Notes: generated by a model not told the origin, from the letters alone. Shown: positions 1 to 9,548, counted from the stretch's first letter. The stretch is DNA of 64,000 nucleotides from an uncultured Actinomycetes bacterium (GCA_963839545.1 CAWIVE010000003.1:1058267-1122266); one strand, 5' to 3'. Made by a program: numbers and translations.

Positions 1-803
1 CGAGGCCGGCGGTGCCGACCCGCTCGTGGCCGAGCGTGCCCATGGCCACCGCCAGCCCGGCGCCCTCGTCGCCCAGCCGGTAGGCGACCGGGACGCGGGC
101 GTCGGTGAAGAACACCTCGTTGAACATCTCCTCGCCGGCGATGTCGCGGATCGGCCGGCACTCGATGCCGTCGGCCTCGAGGTCGACGATCGAGCGCGGT
201 GATGCCCTCGTGCTTCGCCTCCCGCTCGATGGCGGTGGGGTCGGTGCGCACGAGGAAGAGGCCCCACTTGGCGATGTGGGCCGAGGAGATCCAGATCTTC
301 TGGCCGTTGAGGACGTAGTCGTCGCCGTCCCGCACGGCGAGGGTGCGCAGGTTGGCGAGGTCGCTGCCGGCCTCGGGCTCGGAGAAGCCCTGGCACCAGT
401 GGTCGTCGGCGTTGAGGATGTTGGGCACCCAGCGCTGCTTCTGCTCCTCGGTGCCCCAGCGGATGATCATGGGCCCGATCTGCCAGAGCCCGTTGGCGTT
501 GTAGATGCCGGGCGTGCGGGCCCGGGCCATCTCCTCGGAGTAGATGACGTTCTGGGTCACGGTGGCGTCGCGGCCGCCCCACTCGGCGGGCCAGTTGATG
601 GCCGCCCACCGCCCCTCGTTGAGGGTGCGCTGCCACGCCCGGCGGCGCTCCATCGCCCGCATGATCCCGCCCGCCTCCGGGGGGCCTCCGCCCTCGCCGT
701 CGGGGTCGGACCACTCGGCCAGGAACTTCGACAGGTGGTCGTCGAGCCACGTCCGGAGCTCGTCCCGGAAGGCGGCATCCTCGGCCGACTAGGCGAAGTC
801 CAC
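1..803 (-). pseudogene. Acyl-CoA dehydrogenase (large-subunit type), N-terminal ~265 codons; runs off the left edge; disrupted as sequenced
   Basis: Minus-strand translation reads VDFA*SAEDAAFRDELRTWLDDHL...RWGTEEQKQRWVPNILNADDHWCQGFSEPEAGSDLANLRT...GQKIWISSAHIAKWG. There is an in-frame TAG at 789-791 (codon 5). A 1-nt insertion near 188-192 ends the frame at ...GITAL, and IVDLEADGIECRPIRDIAGEEMFNEVFF continues in another frame. These breaks keep it out of the ORF track. Confidence 0.8.
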
Positions 804-807
804 GAGG

Positions 808-823
808 CTGACACTAACGTCAG
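808..823 (+). promoter_or_regulatory. Operator-like site CTGACAC-N3-CGTCAG (site 1)
   Basis: CTGACACTAACGTCAG lies in the 26-bp gap between divergent ACAD genes. A TAACGT -10-like hexamer sits inside it, and ATG 830 follows 6 nt after the site (leaderless layout). Confidence 0.6.
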
Positions 824-829
824 GTACCG

Positions 830-1923
830 ATGGAGTTCACCTTCAACGCCGACCAGGAGGCGCTGCGCGACGCCGTCCGCCGGTTCGTGACCGCCGAGAG
901 CCCCTCGGCCCACGTGCGGGCCATGTTCGAGGACGAGCGGGGCTTCACCGACGAGGTGTGGGGCGCCGTCGTCGACCTGGGGTGGACCGGCCTGCTCGTG
1001 CCCGAGGAGCACGGGGGCCTCGGCCTGGGCCTCGTCGACCTCGTCGTCGTGCTGGAGGAGCTGGGGCGCGCCCTCTTCCCCGGCCCGTGGTTCTCGTCGG
1101 CGGTGCTCGCCACGCTCGCGGCCCGCCGGTTGGGCCTCGACGAGCAGCTCGCCTCGCTGGCCGGCGGCACCACCCGGGGCACGGTGGCCCTCGACGAGCT
1201 GGGCCACGGCGACCCCGTGGCGCGGGTCCGCACCCGGGCCCGGCGCACCGGCGGGCGCTGGCTGCTCGACGGGCTGAAGCCGGTGGTGCCCGACGGCCAC
1301 ACCGCCGACTGGGTCCTGGTGGTGGCCCGCACCGAGGAGGGCCTCGGCACCTTCCTCGTCGAGGCGCCGGGCGGCGAGCCCGTGCCCGCGTGGGACGGCA
1401 CCCGCAAGCTGGCCCGCCTCGCCCTCGAGGGCCGCCCGGCCGAGCCGGTCGGGCCCGAGGGCGACCACACCGCGATGTGGCGGCGGGTGGCCGACGACGC
1501 CTCGGTGGCGGTGTGCGCCGAGCTGCTGGGGACGCCGAGCAGGCCTACGACCTCGCCGTCGAGTACGCCAAGGTGCGCGTGCAGTTCGGCCGGCCCATCG
1601 CCACCTTCCAGGTGATCAAGCACAAGGCCGCCGACATGCTCCACCGCCTGGAGCTGGCCCGGGTCGGCACCCACTACGCGGCCTGGGCGTCCGACGCCGA
1701 GGCGCCCGTCCGGCCGCTGGCGGCAGCCATGGCGAAGGCGTACGTGGCCGAGGCGGCCAACGCCATCTGCGCCGAGGCCATCCAGATCCACGGCGGCGTG
1801 GGCTTCACGTGGGACTACGACTGCCACCTCCACTACCGCCGGGCCAAGCAGGCCGACCTCCTCCTCGGCTCCGCGGGCTGGCACCGCCAGCGGGTGGCCG
1901 ACCTGGTCCTGACCCCGGGCTGA
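830..1923 (+). pseudogene. Acyl-CoA dehydrogenase family protein (~364 aa, small-subunit type), one frameshift
   Basis: ORF 830..1615 (MEFTFNADQEALRDAVRRFV...LVPEEHGGLGLGLVDLVVVLEELGRAL) joins the tail of ORF 958..1923 (AEQAYDLAVEYAKVRVQFGRPIATFQVIKHKAADM...IQIHGGVGFTWDYDCHLHYRRAK). The join needs one G added to the G-run at 1528-1531. Confidence 0.85.
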
Positions 1924-1935
1924 GCGAGCGCCATC

Positions 1936-1990
1936 CCGTTCCGGCCTGCAGAACGTGGCGGATTCCGCCCCGTTCTGCAGGCGAGAACGG
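1936..1990 (+). terminator. Interrupted long hairpin after the ACAD stop (possible intrinsic terminator)
   Basis: CCGTTC-cgg-CCTGCAGAACG, 15-nt loop, CGTTCTGCAGG-cga-GAACGG. It begins 13 nt after TGA 1921-1923. No U-tract follows. Confidence 0.45.
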
Positions 1991-2036
1991 CGGTGGTCGG
2001 CTCAAGCACCATCCCCGTGGTGCCGACTGGTCAAGC

Positions 2037-4160
2037 GTGTCCGGCCCGGAAGCCGTCGACCACGGAGGTCCAGGGGATCGCGGCGAGGGCTGGCTCCAGG
2101 CCCTCGTCCAGAACTCGTCGGACATCATCACGGTGCTCGACGCCGAGGGCTGCATCGTCTACTCGAGCCCGGCCGCCATCCGGGTCCTCGGGTACTCCGA
2201 GGGCTACATGCAGGGACAGAGCGCCTTCGAGCTCGTCCACCCGGACGACGTGGCGCACGTCGTCGAGGCCTTCCTGAGCATCGCCGAGCCCGGATCCACC
2301 GCCTGCGTGGAGTTCCGGATGCGCCACACCGACGGCTCCTGGCGCCGGGTCGAGGCGGTGGGCATGAACCGGCTGGACGACCCCGCCGTCCGCGGTTTCG
2401 TGGTCAACACGCGCGACGTGACCGAGCGCTCCGAGGCGGAGGCCGCGCTCCGGGAGGAGAAGGAGCGCTACCGGCTGCTGGTGGAGTGGTCGCCGGAGGT
2501 GATCGCCGTGCACCAGGGCGGGCGGTTCGTCTTCGTCAACCCCGCCGGGCTCCGACTGTTCGGCGCCGAGCGGCCCGAGGAGCTGCTCGGGCGTCACGTG
2601 ATGGAAGTCGTGCACGCGGACGATCGCGCCGTGGTCGAGGCCCGCGCGAAGGCCGTGGCCGAGGGCACGGAGACGTCGCTCGGGGAGCAGCGGCTGCTGC
2701 GCCTCGACGGGGAGGTCGTCGACGCCGAGGTCGTCGCCGTGCCGATCACGTATGACCTCGGTCCGGCCGTCCTGGTCATGGCCAAGGACATCACCGACCG
2801 CAAGCGGGCGGAGCGGGCCCTGGCCCACCAGGCGCTCCACGACCACCTCACCGGCCTGCCGAACCGGTCGCTGCTGCTCGACCGCCTGTCGCAGGCGGTG
2901 GCCCGGCTCGGTCGCACGGACGACCGACTGGGCGTCCTGTTCTTCGACCTGGACCACTTCAAGGTCATCAACGACAGCCTCGGCCATGACGCCGGCGACC
3001 GGGTGCTCCAGGCCGTGGCGGCGCGGGTGGCGGGCGTGCTGCGGCCGACCGACACCCTCGCCCGGCTCGGCGGCGACGAGTTCGTGGTCGTGTGCGAGTC
3101 CCTGGACGGTCCCGCCGAGGCCAGCGCCGTCGCCGACCGCATCGCGGTGGCCCTGGCGTCGTCGATCGACGACGGCGACGAGGAGCTGATCATCGGCGCC
3201 AGCATCGGCGTCGTCGTCACCGACGACGACCGAGCCGATCCCGCGGCGCTCATCCGCGACGCCGATGCCGCGATGTACCGCGCCAAGGAGCAGGGCCGGG
3301 GCCGGGTCGAGCTGTTCGACGAGGGCATGAGGGTGCGGGTCGTCGGCCGCCTCCGCGAGGAGCGGGCCCTGCGCCGGGCGCTCCAGCGCCAGGAGCTGCT
3401 CCTGCACTACCAGCCGGTGGTCTCGCTGCCGGACCTGCGCATCACCGGCGTCGAGGCGCTGGTGCGCTGGCAGCACCCGGACCGGGGCCTCGTCCTGCCC
3501 GGGGAGTTCGTGCCCCTCGCCGAGGAGACCGGGCTCATCCTCGAGCTCGGCGACTGGGTCCTCGCCGAGGCCTGCCGCCAGGCGGAGGCCTGGGGGCGGG
3601 TGGTCGGACCGGATTGCGAGCTGGAGGTGGCGGTCAACCTGTCCACGAAGCAGCTCGGCCAGCCGGATCTGGCCAAGCGGGTGGCCGCGCTGCTCGAACG
3701 CCACCACGTGCCCCCGTCACAGGTCTCCCTCTGCCTCGAGATCACCGAGAGCCTCATGTTGGAGGACCCGCTGGTGACGACCGGCCTGCTCGGCGACCTC
3801 GCCCGCCTCGGGGTCCGCCTCGCCATCGACGACTTCGGGACCGGCTACTCGTCGCTCGCGTACCTGCGGCGGTTCCCGGTCCACACCCTGAAGGTGGACC
3901 GGGGGTTCGTGAGCGGTCTCGGGTTGGACGCGGACAGCGGCGCCGTCGTCGCCGCGATCATCGAGCTCGCCCACGCGCTCGGCCTCGAGGTGGTGGCCGA
4001 GGGCGTCGAGGAGCAGGTGCAGGTGGACGCTCTCGTCGACCTGGGGTGCGACCGGGCGCAGGGCTTCCTCTTCGCCCACCCGGCGCCGCCGGAGGAGTTG
4101 CTCGAGCAGCTCAGCCGCGGGTCGTTGGCGACGGACCGTCGTCGATCATCCCCGCGTTGA
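2037..4160 (+). CDS. PAS-PAS-GGDEF-EAL cyclic-di-GMP signalling protein
   Basis: Tail of ORF 1809..4160. The first in-frame start after the upstream ACAD stop is GTG 2037. It has two PAS-like blocks, an intact GGDEF motif (LARLGGDEFVVV) and EAL domain motifs (EALVRWQHP, DDFGTGYSSL). Confidence 0.9.
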   Translation: MSGPEAVDHGGPGDRGEGWLQALVQNSSDIITVLDAEGCIVYSSPAAIRVLGYSEGYMQGQSAFELVHPDDVAHVVEAFLSIAEPGSTACVEFRMRHTDGSWRRVEAVGMNRLDDPAVRGFVVNTRDVTERSEAEAALREEKERYRLLVEWSPEVIAVHQGGRFVFVNPAGLRLFGAERPEELLGRHVMEVVHADDRAVVEARAKAVAEGTETSLGEQRLLRLDGEVVDAEVVAVPITYDLGPAVLVMAKDITDRKRAERALAHQALHDHLTGLPNRSLLLDRLSQAVARLGRTDDRLGVLFFDLDHFKVINDSLGHDAGDRVLQAVAARVAGVLRPTDTLARLGGDEFVVVCESLDGPAEASAVADRIAVALASSIDDGDEELIIGASIGVVVTDDDRADPAALIRDADAAMYRAKEQGRGRVELFDEGMRVRVVGRLREERALRRALQRQELLLHYQPVVSLPDLRITGVEALVRWQHPDRGLVLPGEFVPLAEETGLILELGDWVLAEACRQAEAWGRVVGPDCELEVAVNLSTKQLGQPDLAKRVAALLERHHVPPSQVSLCLEITESLMLEDPLVTTGLLGDLARLGVRLAIDDFGTGYSSLAYLRRFPVHTLKVDRGFVSGLGLDADSGAVVAAIIELAHALGLEVVAEGVEEQVQVDALVDLGCDRAQGFLFAHPAPPEELLEQLSRGSLATDRRRSSPR

Positions 4161-4737
4161 GGAGCTCCAGGAAGGCGGCGAAGAGCTCCTCGCCGTCCAC
4201 GCGGGCGGCGTAGGTCAGTCCGTCGGCAGCGGCGAGGATGACGCTGGCGAGCGTGGGGGCGGGGAGCCGCAGCGTCAGGCCTGACCGTTCGGCCGTCTCC
4301 TGGATGAACGCGGCCACGAGGTCGCGGTTCTTGCGCCGGTGCGCGATCGCCCGCGCCCGGGCCGACGGGTTGCGCAGCACGTAGAGCTGGTGCTCCATGC
4401 CGAGGGCGAGGAGGTCCTCGTAGCCGGTGACGTTGGCCCGCCACATCTCGGCCAACCGGGCGACGTCCCACTCCCTCGAGTCGGCGCTGATCGGTGCGAT
4501 GGCCCGGAACGCCTCGATCACCCGCTCGTTCGAGGCTTCGATGACGGCGAAGAAGAGCTCCTCCTTGCCGGCGAAGTGCTTGTAGATCGCGCCCCGGGTG
4601 AACCCCGCGGTCTCGGCGATCTCCTCGAGCGAGGCGCCCTCGAAGCCCCGACGGGCGAAGACCTCCGTGGCCGCCTCGACGAGCACGTCCCGGGTCTGCT
4701 GGCGTCGCCGCTCCCGGGTGAGCTTCTCGACCGGCAC
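4111..4737 (-). CDS. TetR family transcriptional regulator
   Basis: Tail of ORF 4111..5073. GTG 4737 gives VPVEKLTRERRRQQTRDVLVEAATEVFARRGFEGASLEEIAETAGFTRGAIYKHFAGKEELF (TetR HTH). It is divergent from the ABC exporter genes. Confidence 0.85.
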   Translation of the reverse strand: MPVEKLTRERRRQQTRDVLVEAATEVFARRGFEGASLEEIAETAGFTRGAIYKHFAGKEELFFAVIEASNERVIEAFRAIAPISADSREWDVARLAEMWRANVTGYEDLLALGMEHQLYVLRNPSARARAIAHRRKNRDLVAAFIQETAERSGLTLRLPAPTLASVILAAADGLTYAARVDGEELFAAFLELLNAGMIDDGPSPTTRG

Positions 4738-4754
4738 CCCGCCAAGGTACACCC

Positions 4755-4782
4755 TTGACACCGAGATACAGGGTTGTATCTT
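4755..4782 (+). promoter_or_regulatory. Sigma-70-like promoter with embedded TetR-type palindrome
   Basis: TTGACA (4755-4760), 16 nt, TATCTT (4777-4782). A perfect inverted repeat GATACA-gggt-TGTATC (4765-4780) overlaps the spacer and -10. GTG 4789 lies about 7 nt after the -10 (leaderless layout). Confidence 0.55.
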
Positions 4783-4788
4783 GGCAAC

Positions 4789-5550
4789 GTGTCCGTTACC
4801 GAACGTCCGGCGGTCGAGGTGGAGGGCCTGTCGAAGCGGTACGGCGACCGCGTGGTCCTGCGGGACGTGAGCTTCGTGGTCGACCGGGGCGAGGTGTTCG
4901 GCCTGCTCGGCCCCAACGGCGCGGGCAAGACGACCACCCTCGAGATCCTCGAGGGCTTCCGTCCCCCGACCGCGGGACGGGTGCGCGTCCTCGGCTTCGA
5001 CCCGGCGGCCCATGCCGTGGAGCTGCGCGAGCGCACCGGCGTCGTGCTGCAGGAGTGCGGCTTCCCCGTGCACCTCCGGGTCGGCGAGCTCCTCGACGCG
5101 TGGCGCAGCTTCTACCGGTCACCCCGTCCGCTCGACGAGCTCCTCGACATCGTCGAGCTGGCGCCCCAGCGGAACCAGGTCGTGCGCCGGCTGTCCGGCG
5201 GCCAGCGGCGGCGCCTCGACTTCGCGCTCGCCCTCACCGGCGATCCGGAGCTGGTCTTCCTCGACGAGCCGACCACGGGCTTCGACCCCGAAGCCCGGCG
5301 ACGGTGCTGGGAGGCCATCGGGAACCTGCGCGCCCTCGGCACGACGATCGTGCTCACCACCCACTACCTCGACGAGGCCGAGCACCTCGCCGACCGGGTG
5401 GCGATCCTGTGCGACGGGAGCATCAGCGCCTGCGGCACGCCGGCCGAGCTGGCTCAGCAGGCGGGCGCCGAGCCGCGCCTCTCCCTGGTGCAGCCGAGCC
5501 TCGAAGAGGTGTACCTCAAGCTGGTGGGCACCGCCGAGGGGATGAGCTGA
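4789..5550 (+). CDS. ABC transporter ATP-binding protein (ABC-2/DrrA-like exporter)
   Basis: ORF 4774..5550 trimmed to GTG 4789. Walker A GPNGAGKTT, signature LSGGQRRR, Walker B LVFLDEPTTGFD. Confidence 0.9.
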   Translation: MSVTERPAVEVEGLSKRYGDRVVLRDVSFVVDRGEVFGLLGPNGAGKTTTLEILEGFRPPTAGRVRVLGFDPAAHAVELRERTGVVLQECGFPVHLRVGELLDAWRSFYRSPRPLDELLDIVELAPQRNQVVRRLSGGQRRRLDFALALTGDPELVFLDEPTTGFDPEARRRCWEAIGNLRALGTTIVLTTHYLDEAEHLADRVAILCDGSISACGTPAELAQQAGAEPRLSLVQPSLEEVYLKLVGTAEGMS

Positions 5551-6308
5551 TGACCCGCCGCCAGCTGCTCGGCGTCCAGGTGCGGCTGCACCAACGGTCG
5601 TTCTGGCGCAACCCCGAGTCCGCCTTCTTCAACTTCGCCATGCCCCTCGGCGTGCTGCTGCTCTTCGGCGCCACGTCGGGGAACGACCCCGTGCCGGGCC
5701 GCAGCGACGTCCGGACGCTCACGCTGTTCGTTCCCGGCATCCTCGCCTTCGCCGTCGTGGTGCTCGCCTACGGGAACCTCGCAGCCACCCTCGCCGTGCA
5801 GCGGGCCGACGGCGTCCTCAAGCGGCTGCGGGCGACCCCGTTGCCGCCGATGCTCTACCTGAGCGGGCAGCTGGTCGGCACCGTCCTGACCGCGCTGCTC
5901 GTCTCCGGAGCGACGATCGCACTCGGCGGCGCCGCCTTCGGGGCCTGGCCTCGGGCGGCGGCCATCCCGCAGTTGCTCGTCGTCCTCGCCCTCGGCATCT
6001 CCTGCTTCGCCGCCCTCGGGATCGCCATCAGCGCCGCCATCCCCACGGCCGACGCCTCCGGTGCCATCACCAACGGCACCTACCTCCCGCTGGCGATGGT
6101 CTCGGGGATGTTCTCCGCCACCCTCCAGCTGCCGCGGGTGGCCGACGTCGTCGTCGGCGTGTTCCCGCTCAAGGCCCTCGCCGACGGGCTGCGTTCGACC
6201 TACGACCCCGCCGCCTCCGGGCTTCCCACGGGGGACGTCGTCGTGCTCGCGCTGTGGACCGTCGCCGGGCTCCTCATCGCCCGCCGCTGGTTCCGCTGGG
6301 AGCCCTGA
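5550..6308 (+). CDS. ABC-2 type transporter permease
   Basis: Tail of ORF 4755..6308 from ATG 5550, which overlaps the upstream stop as ATGA. It has multiple hydrophobic spans (MTRRQLLGVQVRLHQRSFWRNPESAFFNFAMPLGVLLLFG...). Confidence 0.85.
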   Translation: MTRRQLLGVQVRLHQRSFWRNPESAFFNFAMPLGVLLLFGATSGNDPVPGRSDVRTLTLFVPGILAFAVVVLAYGNLAATLAVQRADGVLKRLRATPLPPMLYLSGQLVGTVLTALLVSGATIALGGAAFGAWPRAAAIPQLLVVLALGISCFAALGIAISAAIPTADASGAITNGTYLPLAMVSGMFSATLQLPRVADVVVGVFPLKALADGLRSTYDPAASGLPTGDVVVLALWTVAGLLIARRWFRWEP

Positions 6309-7473
6309 GCACTGGTGGCGACGGTGAGAAGACGACGGGCATCCGCTCGATGCCCGTGATGGAGCGGGGGAGCGGCTCGGTCGTGGCCAGCTCCAGATCG
6401 GGCATCCGCCGGAGCACCCGCTCGAACAGCGTCCGCAGCTCCGACCGGGCCAGGCCCGCCCCCAGGCAGAAGTGGGGCCCGAAGCCGAAGGCCAGGTGGT
6501 CGTTCGGGGCGCGCTCGACGTCGAAGCGCTCCGGCTCCGCGAAGTGCCGGTCGTCGAAGTCGGCCGACTCGTACAGCAGGAGCACCTTGGCGCCGCCGGG
6601 GATGGTGACCTCCGCCAGCTCGACGGGGGCGGTCGTCGTGCGGGCCATGCTCTTGATCGGCGAGACCCACCGGAGCATCTCCTCGACCGCCGAGGGCAGG
6701 AGCCCCTCCTCGGCGCCCACCTTCCGCCGCTGCTCCGGGTGCCGCAGGAGCTGCTCCATCCCGCCGGCGCTCACCTGGCGCGTCGTCTCGTCGCCCCCGA
6801 TCAGCAGGAGGAGCGACTCGAAGACGATCTCTTCGTCCTCGAGCCGGTCGCCGTCGACCGTGGCGTGGACGAGGACGCTGAAGAGGTCGTCCCGCGGGTC
6901 GGCCCGGCGGTCGGCGATCATCCGGTGGGCGTACCCGACGTAGCCGTCGAACGCCTCCGCCGCGGCCTCGATGCCCTCGGGCTCCCCGGACAGCGACGCC
7001 AGCATGCCGTGCGACCACCGCAGCAGCTCGTCGCGGTCAGGGGCGGCCACCCCGAGCATGTCGCCGATGACGATCATCGGGAGGGGGGCGGCGATGTCGT
7101 GCACGAAGTCACACGACCCCCGCTCGCAGACGCGGTCGATCAGGTCGTCGCAGATGTCCCGGAGGTGGGGCTCGGCGGCCCGGACGCGGCCGGGGGTGAA
7201 CCCGGCGCTCACCAGCTTCCTGCGCTTCGAGTGGTCGGCGCCGTCCATGTCGATCATCCACGGCAGCGGCCCGGTCTCCGGCCGGCTCCCACCGGCGCTG
7301 GAGAACGTCCGGGGATCGCGCTCGGCGGCGAGCACGTCCTCGTACCTCGCGATGCCCCACAGCCCGCTGTGCTCGTCGAAGTGGACCGGCGCGTGCTGCC
7401 GCAGCCACCGGTAGGCCTCCCGGGCGCCGTCGACGTAGAACCGGCCGGCGAGGAAGTCGATGTCGGGCACCAC
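6274..7473 (-). CDS. Cytochrome P450
   Basis: Intact 399-aa ORF with heme-thiolate loop FGFGPHFCLGAGLARSE. Its 3' end overlaps the convergent permease gene by 35 nt. Confidence 0.9.
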   Translation of the reverse strand: MVPDIDFLAGRFYVDGAREAYRWLRQHAPVHFDEHSGLWGIARYEDVLAAERDPRTFSSAGGSRPETGPLPWMIDMDGADHSKRRKLVSAGFTPGRVRAAEPHLRDICDDLIDRVCERGSCDFVHDIAAPLPMIVIGDMLGVAAPDRDELLRWSHGMLASLSGEPEGIEAAAEAFDGYVGYAHRMIADRRADPRDDLFSVLVHATVDGDRLEDEEIVFESLLLLIGGDETTRQVSAGGMEQLLRHPEQRRKVGAEEGLLPSAVEEMLRWVSPIKSMARTTTAPVELAEVTIPGGAKVLLLYESADFDDRHFAEPERFDVERAPNDHLAFGFGPHFCLGAGLARSELRTLFERVLRRMPDLELATTEPLPRSITGIERMPVVFSPSPPVLRAPSGTSGGR

Positions 7474-7474
7474 G

Positions 7475-8740
7475 TCAGGTCCGCAGGTCGAAGGCCACCT
7501 TGATGGCGCCCGTCTCCCCCTGGTCGATGAGCGTGGTGAAGGCGTCGCGCCAGCGCTCGAGCGGGAAGGTGTGCGTCAGCATCCCGCCGAGGTCGACGCG
7601 GCCGTCCCGCACGAGGTCGAGGTAGTGGGCGATGCCGTGCTGGCGGCGGCCCTCGACCTCCTCGACGCCGAAGGCGTTGGAGCCGATCAGGCGCAGCTCC
7701 TTGAAGTACCACGGCGTCCACTCGAACCGGCCGGGGGCGCTGACGCCGAGCTGCACGAGCGACCCGCGGGTGGCGAGGACCCGCAGCCCGACCTCGACCG
7801 TCTGCGGCGCGCCGACGGTGTCGTACACGACGTCGATGCCCCCCGGGTAGGCGACGGGGAGGCCGTCCCACGGGCGCTGGAGGACGCCGCCCGACCACTC
7901 GGCCAGCGCCTCCACGAGGGCCTCGGCCGGCTCCGGTGCGAACACGCGTCGCGCCGAGCTTCTCGGCCAGCGCCGCCTGCGCCGGCCAGCGGGCCACCAC
8001 GCCCACCTCGACGCCGGGGAAGAGGGCGCCGAGGATGGCGGTCGCCGTCGTGCCGAGCGCCCCGGCGCCGTAGACGAGCGCGCGGCCGCCGTCCGGAGGC
8101 GGCGTGCGGGTGACGGCGTGGAGCGAGACGGCGAACGGGTCGGCGAGCACGGCCACCTCGTCGGGCACGTCGTCGGGGACGGGGAGGACCATCGACCGGT
8201 GGGCGGGCACGCAGCTCGGCGAAGCCCCCGGTCGCCTCGGTGGCGTTGCCGGTGTGGATGCCGGGGGAGAGGCGCCCGATCGTGAAGCTCTCAGCACATG
8301 CTGTAGTCGCCGGCCCGGCAGGCCGGGACACGGGGGGTCGACGCCGCGAGGCCCGCACGAGAGCCACGGGTTGAGCACCACCCGCTGTCCGACCGGCACG
8401 TCCTCCGCCGCCGGGCCCGGCCTCGACCACCGTGCCCACCACCTCGTGGCCCAGCACCTGGGGGAACGAGATGAAGGCGGTCATGGGGTTGTCGTCGGCG
8501 TCCTCGAAGTCCATGAGGACCTGCTTGGTGTCGCGACCCGCAGATGCCGGTCAGGCGCGTGCGCAGGACGACCCAGTCGTCGGCGCGAGCAGGGGGGGTC
8601 GGGCAGCTCCTGGAGGGCCATCGGCGTGGTGGCCAGGTTGGCGCAGCAGCGACGAGGCTCCGTCCGGGACCGTCGGGCGGCGGCCGCTCGGATCGACCGC
8701 CGAACACGAGCGCCTTCACGACGGCTCCTCGGGAGGACAT
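7475..8740 (-). pseudogene. Zinc-type (MDR) alcohol dehydrogenase, heavily frameshifted
   Basis: Family-typical pieces lie in all three frames: MSSRGAVVKALVFGG / LATTPMALQELPDPP / DDWVVLRTRLTGICGS / DTKQVLMDFEDADDNPMTAFISFPQVLGHEVVGTVVEAGP / VPVGQRVVLNPWLSCGPRGVDPPCP / ACRAGDYSMC / ESFTIGRLSPGIHTGNATEATGGFAEL / VPAHRSMVLPVPDDVPDEVAVLADPFAVSLHAV..GAGALGTTA / RVFAPEPAEALV...AIKVAFDLRT*. I infer at least seven single-base indels, near 7948, 8211, 8291, 8322, 8405, 8536 and 8590-8650. Confidence 0.8.
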
Positions 8741-9502
8741 GGCTTCGACGGCGGCCGGCGAGGAACGTGTCCGAGGTCGCCGGTCTTGAACTCGACGACG
8801 GCCTTCATGTCGGGCAGGTAGTGCTCGAACCGGTCGCCCTCGATGGCGGCGATGATGCCGTCGGCCACCAGCTCCGGGGGCTCCAGGGGCCCGCCGTACA
8901 GCGGCGGGTCGTTGTCGGGCTGGTCCCAGATCTCGGTGTCGATGGCGCCCGGGATGATGAGCCGCACCTCGACCCCGGTGCCCCACAGGTCCTGGGCCAG
9001 CGACTCGCTCCAGCCGCACAGGGCGAACTTGCTGGCCGAGTAGGCCGCCTCGGTGGCGATGCCCAGCCGGCCACCCAGGCTCGACACGTTGACGATCACG
9101 CCGGCGTCGCGCTCGAGCATCCGGGGCAGCAGGGCCAGCGTCATGCGGACGGGCGAGAGGAAGTTCACCCGCATCACGGCTTCGACCTCGTCAGCGGTGA
9201 GGGCTGGTCACCGGCCGGCGCTTGGGGATGGCGGCGTTGTGCACGACCACGTCGAGCCCGCCGAGCTCGTCGTCCGCCTCGAGGGCCACCGCCTCGGCCC
9301 GACCGAGGTCGCCGAGGTCGGCCACCCACATGCGGGAGGCGGGGCTGGAGCGCCGGCACCGGTCGAGCACCTCGGCCAGGCGGTCCTCGCGGCGGGCGAC
9401 GAGGCCGACGACGGCGCCCCGCGCCGCGAGCCGCTCGGCGAGCACGGCGCCGATGCCCGACGAGGCCCCGGTGACGAGGACGGTGCGGCCCTCGACGTCC
9501 AC
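8716..9502 (-). pseudogene. Short-chain dehydrogenase/reductase (SDR), one frameshift
   Basis: ORF 9191..9502 (VDVEGRTVLVTGASSGIGAVLAERLA...VVHNAAIPKRRPVTS) continues as LTADEVEAVMRVNFLSPVRM...YSASKFAL... in ORF 8716..9177. The break is an extra base near 9197. The C-terminal end and its overlap with the next gene are uncertain. Confidence 0.8.
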
Positions 9503-9511
9503 GCCCGGAGC

Positions 9512-9527
9512 ATGACACGCGCGTCAG
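9512..9527 (+). promoter_or_regulatory. Operator-like site (site 2)
   Basis: ATGACACGCGCGTCAG lies in the 46-bp gap between the divergent SDR (GTG 9502) and the KARI-like gene (ATG 9549). Confidence 0.55.
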
Positions 9528-9548
9528 ATCCTGGGCTACCGTCCGCGG

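Noticed and set aside
789-791. TAG read as a sense codon (pyrrolysine or suppressor)
   Set aside because: There is a single occurrence and no pyl genes in view. TAG is used as a normal stop elsewhere in the window (for example 33191-33193, 53746-53748 and 51083-51085 on the minus strand).
808-823. Identity of the motif with the mycobacterial KstR or KstR2 operators
   Set aside because: The consensus CTGACAC-N3-CGTCAG does not fit TnnAACnnGTTnnA or AnCAAGnnCTTGnT as I recall them. The steroid-like gene content is suggestive, but the operator appears distinct. This needs a database comparison that I cannot run.
1809-2036. N-terminal extension of the GGDEF-EAL ORF back to 1809
   Set aside because: It overlaps the ACAD 3' end and the hairpin and translates to Pro/Gly/Arg-rich sequence. 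The first in-frame start after the ACAD stop is GTG 2037, just before the first PAS block.
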